Of a DNA stretch of 64,000 bases, positions 53,214 to 64,000 are shown in pieces (the first letter of the stretch is position 1; each line of letters starts with the position of its first letter). The notes beneath the pieces were generated by a model. That model worked only from the letters and a program-made list of their open reading frames with translations. It did no database searches and was not told the DNA's origin. Source of the stretch: Eledone cirrhosa (lineage: Eukaryota); assembly GCA_964016885.1 (NCBI GenBank), contig OZ024742.1:130944001-131008000 (forward strand). The letters run 5' to 3'. A program made the translations under genes and the position numbers.

Positions 53214-53415
53214 TAGGAAAAGAGTCAAGACCCCGACGGCTGAACTCCGGCCATTTTGACAGCTAGATCCAAAACGGATCCATTCGGATCTAGCTGTCGA
53301 AAGGGCCGGAGCTCAGCCGTCGGGGTCTTTACTCTTTTCCTATTACCCACTCTGCTACCCTAAGTATCGAATACTCTGGTGCGTTATCCTGGTTTCTTAC
53401 CACTCCTTCTTAGTA
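53214..53415 (+). mobile_element. Fold-back half-hammerhead repeat
   Basis: Inverted repeat 53214-53270/53286-53342 centred on the putative stem II. Confidence 0.75.
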
Positions 53416-53765
53416 ATATATATATATATATATATATATATAAACAAATAGAAGAGAGGAAAAAGATTTTCTCAGTAGAATATGCTAAAGAGATTCTTTC
53501 AGTGTAATATCAAAACATTAATTTATTTACAAACTGGATATTTCAGCATTTAATATACCGGTTTCAGCATTATATGCATTGTCAATTGCGGATATGCATA
53601 ATATTGTTAAGTTGCATATTTATACAAATTATAGTAATAATAATAAAAAGGGAAAGAAAAATTAATTTTCACAAACATGTTCAGTGAGGAAAATTCATTT
53701 CTCTATCGTGTCTGTCCTTCTTTCTCTGTTAATAGTATATCAACTCGTGTGTTACTTTTCTACAT

Positions 53766-53859
<94 letters not shown>

Positions 53860-53862
53860 ATA

Positions 53863-55617
53863 TATTGGTAAACGGAATAGAAAATGCTGACAAATTGTTC
53901 ACAGTTGAAAAATGGTTTAATTAGGAATAAAAGATAATAAAGGATAATTAGGAATAAAAGTTAATAAAGGATAATTTCCACAATGAACTCCCACAACGCA
54001 TCAAAAAAGAATTCGTGATAGAGGGACTCAAATTTATCTTGGAGAACAATTAATTCGTTTTCAATAACAAATCCTACAGGCAGAAATCTGGGACCGCTAT
54101 GGGAACGAAAACAGCCCCCACTTATGCCAACCTAGTCATGGGATACCTGGAAATCACCCTCTACACTAAAGTCCTAAACAAATTTGGAAACACCCTCCAC
54201 TTACACATTGAAAGGAACTGGAAGCGATATCTAGATGTCTGCTTCATCCTTTGGCACGAAAACATCGAAAAACTTAAAGAATTTCACACCCTTATAAATG
54301 GGCTCAACACAAATATTAACTTCACGATGGAATACAGCCATCAACAACTCCCCTTCCTCGACATCCTCATTAAGATCCATAACAAAAAAATAGAAACAGA
54401 CATATACTACAAGCCCACAGACTCCAAGCAATATCTCCCCTTCAACTCTTGCCACCCTAGACACGTTAAAATTATATTCCCTACAACATAGCCAAGAGAA
54501 TCTGTACTATAGTCTCCAATAAAAACATCTGCTACTTACGGCTACAAGAACTAAAGGACACACTCATAGGCAGGGTCTACCCTGCATCACTAATTGACAA
54601 TGGAATCCAACGTGCCCTAAAACTCAGTAGCCAGGACCTTAGACACCCTAAAGTAAATCAACCAAAACTAAAAGCTCTTCCATACATCTCCACACACAAC
54701 CCCCTCAACAATGAGGCCTTTGACACCATCCTCCAGAACATCCCTGTATTGAAAAAGGACCATAGAATGAACCAAATTCTACGAACACACGATATCATAA
54801 AGAGCAAAAGACAATCCAAGTCAATGAAAAACATCTTAACACATGCCAAAGTACTGCCAACCACAACAACGAAACCCACAGTAAAAAAATGCGATAGACC
54901 CAACTGTGGCATTTGCATCAACCTAATAGAGGGTTCGGAATTCTATTTTAAAGATGGACAACGTTTTATAGTAAAACACAATTTCACATGTGCATCGGAA
55001 AATCTAATATATGTATTAACTTGTTCAGGTTGTCGAGAACAATACATAGGCCAGACAAAAAACAGCCTCCGCCAACGCATGACTGTCCATAGATCCCAAA
55101 TTAAAATACGGGAATACAGGAAAATACCACTGAGTGAACACATTGATACCTGTGCCGCCCCAAATCATCCCAACTTCAGAATCTTTCCCCTCTACAAATT
55201 TAAAGATAATGCCACCCACACCCAGTGCATCAGCAAGGAATCTTACTTCATTAACAAATACGGACCCCGTCTAAACACTTCTCCCTAAGACGAACCCACA
55301 ACATACACACGTCAACATACATACCTACATCAGCACACATCTCTACCCACATATAAACACAATGACATACGTAAACACACATGCTCTATGGTGCAACACA
55401 AAAAAATAAATGTGCATATATATGTGTATATATATGTATATATGTATATATATATATATATGTATATAGTGAATATATGTATGTGTGTATATATATATAG
55501 TGAATATCATTTCACACCTTTTATTGTTAAGATTTTTGATGTTCTATTAAGGGGAACCGATTTTACTGAAAAAATCGAATAATGTACACCATTTTACCAG
55601 GGGGAAAAAATACTGGT

Positions 55618-55678
<61 letters not shown>

Positions 55679-55856
55679 CACACACACATACACACGCGTA
55701 CATCAACATACAAAGAGACTTATATACACACACACACACACACGCACTTCTCCGTATAAGACAAAAGCTGAAAAATATCTTTTGACATGCTAAAATACCC
55801 CCATTGCTTTCAGACACATTCTTACTGACCATCCCTGCCACCACGAATTACTCTGC

Positions 55857-55930
<74 letters not shown>

Positions 55931-56018
55931 CACACACACACTTATCTCAATAGCCATTTGACACACATCGCTGCTAACCATTATCACAACATCGAACACC
56001 TTACTACTACTACTACTA

Positions 56019-56088
<70 letters not shown>

Positions 56089-56602
56089 TTGTTGTGAAAG
56101 AGTCATTTCTCAATCTTGGCGCAAAACCAATTTTTTATTCACATGACCTCTATCGACCAATCAAAATTGTTTTGACCACAAGAATTGTTGCTGGAGCCAC
56201 TTTTTTAACATAAAAACAGTCTTGGCGCAAAATCAATTTTTTAAACTCACATGACCTCTACCGACCAATCAAAATTGTTTTGACTACAAGAAATTTTGCA
56301 ACACCAAAGTAACGCTGGAGCCACTTTTTTAACATAAAAACAGGTAGAATTCCCAAAACTAATCAGATCAGAGCAAACAGCACGGACACTCTATCTCAAA
56401 ATTATTTTTGAAAAGCATTTAGAAATGCGCAACCGGTAAAAACTTAAAAACTTAAAACCACAACTGAATACTAACCCATACAATCACTAAATCTCTTTTA
56501 TTCCTAATTAAACCATTTTTCAACTGTGAACAATTTGTCAGCATTTTCTATTCCGTTTACCAATATATAATAACTTGTGTGTTACACCTCTATTCTTTTA
56601 AC
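53863..56602 (+). mobile_element. 5'-truncated Penelope-like element (same family as 31757) with a ~70-bp inverted copy of its 3' end at the 5' junction
   Basis: 53863-53932 is the reverse complement of about 56497-56566; pLTR homologous to 36240-36660. Confidence 0.88.
53975..55288 (+). pseudogene. Penelope RT C-terminal half and GIY-YIG
   Basis: GTAMGT, RYLDV (catalytic Asp mutated), NLIYVLTCSGCREQYIGQT. Confidence 0.9.
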
Positions 56603-57082
56603 TATATATATATATATATATAAAGTGGTCGTTTTTTAGAATCCTCTACAATGCAAATGGGTAAATCTCCGGGTAAGAAAATCAGGTGACAGTAGGAAGA
56701 AGGGAAAAGTAGAAAGAGACGTAAAAAGAGATGTACTAAGTTGTAAAAAGAAAACCGGAAATGGAGTTACCTTGGAATGTATTTCTTCGTCACTATATTT
56801 CGGATTTCACATCCATCGACTGGGTGGGGGTGGATGGGGATTCCGAAGGAAAATAGATATGTCGGGGAAGGGAGAATGTGGCCGTTTATAGCTGCCATCT
56901 GGGTCCGACTGGTATTGTGCGTCAGGGAATAATCTCTATCAGGCGCGCGCACGCACGAAATCAGTGCGGTCATTCAAAGTTCATTAAGGTTAAATATATA
57001 TATATAGATATGCACAAAGTAAACAAATAACAAAGCAAACGACGGTACAACGGAAAAACGTTAAGACGTTTCGGATACTAGT

Positions 57083-57229
<147 letters not shown>

Positions 57230-57408
57230 GATAAATCTACCAAGAGTTTACGGTAGTGTCCAATCCGTATGAAGAACTCAATGTAATCCGGATATCATGG
57301 GGAAAGAAGAGATGCAATGAAAAATCACTTTCGGTGAAAGATAAACGGAAAACAGAGTCAAGATAAAATATTAAAAAAATTAAATTTTTAAATATTTTTT
57401 TAATATTT

Positions 57409-57439
<31 letters not shown>

Positions 57440-57601
57440 GTTATTTCCTTGAGCAAGACACTTTATTTCACGTTGCTCCAGTTTACTCAGCTGTAGAAAT
57501 GAGATGATAGGAGTGGGGTCCCTATCATTAAATCACCTAACACACCTGCAACGAGATATACCTTGGAGGAGGACAGCTAAACCAGCATAGGTGTGAGCTG
57601 G

Positions 57602-57635
<34 letters not shown>

Positions 57636-57653
57636 AACACACACATACACCCG

Positions 57654-57711
<58 letters not shown>

Positions 57712-57770
57712 CGCCCTAGTGGTAAATAAAGAAATCTACCTATCTGTTTGTCTCCCTGTTTATTTATCCA
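57712..57770 (+). mobile_element. Tiny Tx1 3' terminus with a decayed TATC-like tail
   Basis: GCCCTAGTGGTAAATAAAGAAATCTACCTATCT, compare 5940-5970. Confidence 0.55.
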
Positions 57771-58476
57771 CGAACGCAACAGTATGGCCGAATGGCTAAG
57801 AATTTTGCTTCATAATCATGGGGTTCTAGATTAGGTCTAACTGCCTGGCATTGTAGGCACATTTCTTTCACTATAGACTCGGGTCCAGCAAAGCCTTGTA
57901 AATGAAACTAGCGGAAGTTTTTCTAAACTGGTCGGATGTAATTCAATGTGACGTCGGATGTAATTCAAAGTGACGTCACACATCGTCACACTGAAACGAA
58001 TTCTTACTCAGTCGAATGTTATAATTTGACGAGTAGCTGGTACTTTTGATCCAACAACTGTAACACTCATTGTTGAAGCCTACAACGGTTCATTTAACTC
58101 TTTGTGTGTGTGTGAATGTGTGTGTATGAGTGTGTGTGTGCATGTGTGTGTGTGTGCATGTGTGTATGTGTGCATGTGTGCATGTATGTAACTACGTATG
58201 TACGTTCGTACGCATGTATGTATGCTTGTAGCATGTATGTATGCATATATGCATGTATGCATGCATGCATGTATGTATGTATGTGTGTATGTATGTATGT
58301 ATGTGTATATGTATGTATGTATTTATGTATGTATGCATTTAAGTATGTATATGTGTACGAATACATACGACATGTTTATATGCATGTAGGTATTTACATG
58401 TATGTATGTATGTATGTATGTATGTATGTATGTATGTATGTATGTATGTATGTATGTATGTGTGCGTATATATGTA

Positions 58477-58514
<38 letters not shown>

Positions 58515-58632
58515 TGTGAGGACATGTGACGTACTGTTTAAGGTTTTCGGGGCACGATCAAAAAGGTGATGAGATCGATTCTCACGGGCGCGCCGCACAC
58601 TTGTGTAAGACATTATATTTCACATTGATCCA

Positions 58633-59100
58633 TGCGCCATGGCTTAGTGGTTAGAGCATTGGTCCTGAAATCGAAAGGTTGTGAGTTCAATTCTCGGGCC
58701 AGGTGATGTGTTGTTTCCTTGAGCAAGACACGTTATTTCACGTTGCTCCAGTTTACTCAGCTGTAGAAATGAGATGATAGGAATGGGGTCCCTATCATTA
58801 AATTACCCAAGACACCTCCAACGAGATATACTTTGGAGGAGGCCAGCTAAACCTGCATAGGTGTGAGCTGTCACTTACATACAAATATTGATCCAGATAC
58901 TCAACTGGTAAAAATCAGTTGTACCTGTAATTCTAAGGGTCAGCGTCGTCTCACACCGTGTCATACTGAATCTTTCTGAGAACTACGCTAAAGGTACACG
59001 TGGCTGTGGAATGTTGAACCGCTTGCCCGTCAATTTTACGTGCTGGCTGTTCATTGATCGAACAACTTGAGCACTCATATCGAAGCCGATAGAGTTTCTT
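58633..59100 (+). mobile_element. tRNA-derived SINE (second family); partial duplicate at 57440-57600, minus-strand relatives at ~61345-61460 and ~62280-62410
   Basis: A box TGGCTTAGTGG, B box GAGTTCAATTCTC, core TCCTTGAGCAAGACAC. Confidence 0.75.
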
Positions 59101-59254
59101 TTCAGGCCGATTTCGTGAAAGAGTTTATATGTCCGAGTGAACGTGTATTTGTATACGCGAGTAAATGGGTGTATGTATGTGTGTGTGTATGCGTGTGTGT
59201 GTGTGAGTGTGTGTGTGTATGTGTGTGTGTGTGTGTGTGTGTGAGCGTGTGTGC

Positions 59255-59327
<73 letters not shown>

Positions 59328-59834
59328 TGTGTGTGTGTATGTATATTTCAAAACAACAATAAAAACCACAAAATTAACAACAGGCTTTTTTATATTCAAT
59401 GTTTATTTTAAAATATTTTATTTCACGTCCAATTGTGTACTTTTGCTTCGCAAATCTGAACTATACACTAAGTCATGGCGTCCGAGCTATGATACAGCAG
59501 GACTTTGAGATTCTCTAAGGATTAAAGTGGCTTAAAAACAAAAATGATCCAACTCTTACCTTGGAATGTGCCTTCGTCGGTTTCGACGAAGAATATTCCA
59601 GTTGTTTGATAGTCTGTGTATTCTGTTCATGAAATGAACGTGTAAGTGGCTGAGCATTCCACAGACTCACGTAGCATTAACGTAATTCTCAAGAAGATTC
59701 AGCATGACACAGTGTGTAAAATGGCTGACTTTGAATTACTGGTGCAGTCCATCCGAGACTAATTTTCACACAGTTTCCGTTTACACAGTTTCATTGAACG
59801 AGGTTATGGTAAATGACATTGCCCCACGATACCA

Positions 59835-60432
59835 TGCAGTGGGACCTCTGTGGTGGGATTCAGGTAGTGGGATATCTGTGGTGGGATTGATGCAGTGGGA
59901 TCTCTGTGGTGGGATTCAGGTAGTGGGATTGATACAGTGGGATTGATACAGTAGGATTGATACAGTGGGATTGATACAATGGGATTGATACAATGGGATT
60001 GATACAATGGGATTGATACAGTGGGATTGATATAGTGGGATTGATATAGTGGGATTGATACAGTGGGATTGATACAATGGGATTTCTGAGGTGGGATTGA
60101 TACAGTGGGATTGATACAGTGGGATTTCTGAGGTGGGATTGGTACAGTGGGATTGATACAGTGGGATCTCTGTGGTGGGATTGATACAGTGGGATTGATA
60201 CAGTGGGATTTCTGAGGTGGGATTGATACAGTGGGATCTCTGTGGTGGGATTGATACAGTGGGATTTCTGTGGTGGGATTGATACAGTGGGATCTCTGTG
60301 GTGGGATTGATACAGTGGGATCTCTGGGGTGGGATTGATACAGTGGGATCTCTGTGGTGGGATTGATACAGTGGGATCTCTGGTGGGATTGATACAGTGG
60401 GATCTCTGGGGTGGGATTGATACAATGGGATC
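59835..60432. repeat. Minisatellite with 14-bp core GTGGGATTGATACA and longer variant units
   Basis: Read directly from the sequence. Confidence 0.9.
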
Positions 60433-61619
60433 TAACCCGGAGTCTGACGTCTTAAAGCGAACCTTTTAAAAATTCGGCTATGCTACCTCCACACCTCTTA
60501 ACTTGCCCCGATGTACAAATATGATCCAACTCAAAATAGTGAGAACACCTTTATGTGGTCACTTGATCTGCTAGAAGTGGTAATAAAATCTTCCATTGGG
60601 CAATGTAATTCAAGCTAAATGCAAAGACATGTTACAGCACAGGAATGTCTTTGATAAAATTTATACTCGAAGGGTGACCGTTTACTCAAAGAGAGAAGAA
60701 TAGTGTCCATGGTACTTTTTCAGAATATTTGTTACTGTTAGTAGGAAAGAAAGTTGTCTTAAACCGGAGTACTAGCTCGCAACAGATTGATCTGCACTAA
60801 AAGCACCGAAAAACTAGTTAGTATTAAATTATTCAAGTAGGCTACAGAAGAATTTGAGCTCAGAACGCAATGAGTCGGAACAAATGCAGCGAGTCAATTT
60901 CACTAATTCCTGGTCATTTATTTTATCGACATCGAAATATCGAAATAATGAAAAGTATACCTGAGCTCGGCAGGAGTTGAACTTAGAGCCCAGAGAGTCG
61001 GAACTAATATTGCAAAGTGTTATGTCCGCTGATAAACAGCAACATCAACAACATCAACAAGAACAACATCAATTCCGACTTGTCAAATAACACTTTGAAC
61101 AGACGATATGAAATAAGATATTTTGTCCAGGTTTAAAAAATGCCTATCTTTACCATGAACTTTAAATACTGAGTGGCACCATAGTGACATGCAACGTGTT
61201 TGGGCTCTGATCGATCTACAATATCCCAGACCTCATTCGCTTGTCGAGTGGGGTGGACCTCATTAAATAGGACCAAGGACACAATGCTTCCATTTGTCTT
61301 TCCATTGCTGATACTATCTACGGGTCGCAACTCCTGACAGGAGGTACAACGTGAAATAAAGTGTCTTGCTCAAGGACACAGCACATCACCCGGTTCGAGA
61401 ATTGAACTCGCAGCCTCACGATTGCGAATCCACCTCTCTAACCACTAAGCCACCCGCCTCCACGGGAAATAAGAAAGAGAAATAAAGCAAGCATCGACCC
61501 CCAGTACTAGATTGTTACTTTATGTATCGACATCGAAAGGATGAAAGGCAAAGTTGACCTCGGGATATGAACTCTGACAAAAGGTTACTTTTCATGAACA
61601 TTATTCATTATTCATTATG

Positions 61620-61808
61620 GTGGTGGATTGGCAGTATCGGTAGAGGGTCGGACGCCATGCTTTGACGCATAGAGTTACGGCCCTTGCATTTCTGAGTTCA
61701 AATCCCGCCGAGGTTAACTTTGCCTTTCATCCTTACGGTGTCGATAAAATAAAGTACCAGTAATGCACTGGGTGATTGCTGGCCTTGTGCCTAAAGTAGA
61801 AACAATTA
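61620..61808 (+). mobile_element. tRNA-derived SINE with Deu/Nin-like core
   Basis: A box TGGCAGTATCGG, B box GAGTTCAAATCCC, conserved core. Confidence 0.85.
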
Positions 61809-62119
61809 TTTATTAAATATATATATATATTTCATTCTAATCTATTTAAATATTGTATTTGATGGAGTACTCGGCCCAAAGCTATCAAATCTATTTATTT
61901 ACATAGAAAACAGTGTAATGGGTAAATACTTCCTTCGATCATGAATGGCCCCATGTGTTTGCCCCTAGAAAGTTCCCCTCCGATACACAAACCCGAACAA
62001 GGTGTTTTTGTTGAAGACCAGAAGTCGCCCATGCATATCAGTGTCCCCTTTCCACGCCACAGATGTTGTCCAAGGAAAACGCAACTCATATATATACCAT
62101 ACACATCATGTATAGTATA

Positions 62120-62214
<95 letters not shown>

Positions 62215-62599
62215 TATACATGATGTTTTTCAAGGGAAAGGCAAAGACCGAGACAGCTTGGCACTAGTGGCGTCTGAATTCATTTTTACAGCTGAGTGAA
62301 CTTCAACAACATGAAGTAAAGTGTCTTGCTGAAGGACACTACACATCACCCGGTCTAGGAATCGCTCTCTCAACCTCACGATTGTGAATCCAACTATAAT
62401 CACTAAGCTACACCCAGTACAACAACATTATATCTGCACATTTAAGACATTCGCTTCGCAATCAAGAGGTCTCGGGTCGCTCTTAACAAGAGATAACTTG
62501 GGAGAATGTCTTTTAAACATAATTCAAACTGACGGTGATTTATGTATATATTCGATTTAGACCGACATAGAGAGCTTTAGTTTTATAGTTCTGAACCGA

Positions 62600-64000
<1,401 letters not shown>

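Noticed and set aside
58633-58710. tRNA gene
   Set aside because: A and B boxes run into a SINE body with no complete cloverleaf; dispersed degenerate copies exist.
59835-60432. CRISPR-like array
   Set aside because: No unique spacers, no cas genes, and a eukaryotic context.

Overview
Gene-free, repeat-dense eukaryotic DNA with many (TA)n, (CA)n and (TATC)n tracts. The SINE types and microsatellite load suggest a coleoid cephalopod such as Octopus (inference only). 1-20.4 kb is a head-to-tail cluster of Tx1-clade (L1 superfamily) LINEs: one apparently intact copy (227-5962), one deleted and mosaic full-length copy, and several fragments, nearly all bounded by (TATC)n. Other elements are two Neptune-like Penelope (RT + GIY-YIG) relics with inverted pseudo-LTRs, an RTE-like LINE fragment, a mariner relic, many tRNA-derived SINEs, a CAA/CAG satellite and a 14-bp minisatellite. 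Short islands between (TA)n tracts carry about a dozen type I hammerhead ribozyme motifs, often as fold-back inverted repeats. The most notable signal is three sequence-divergent motifs (29702-29758 -, 30490-30557 +, 48071-48142 +). In them the hammerhead core segments occur in the non-circularly permuted order NUH -> GAAA -> CUGANGA, with different stem sequences that still pair and almost no stem II. All RNA structures were paired by eye and none has been tested. No host gene exon was recognised.
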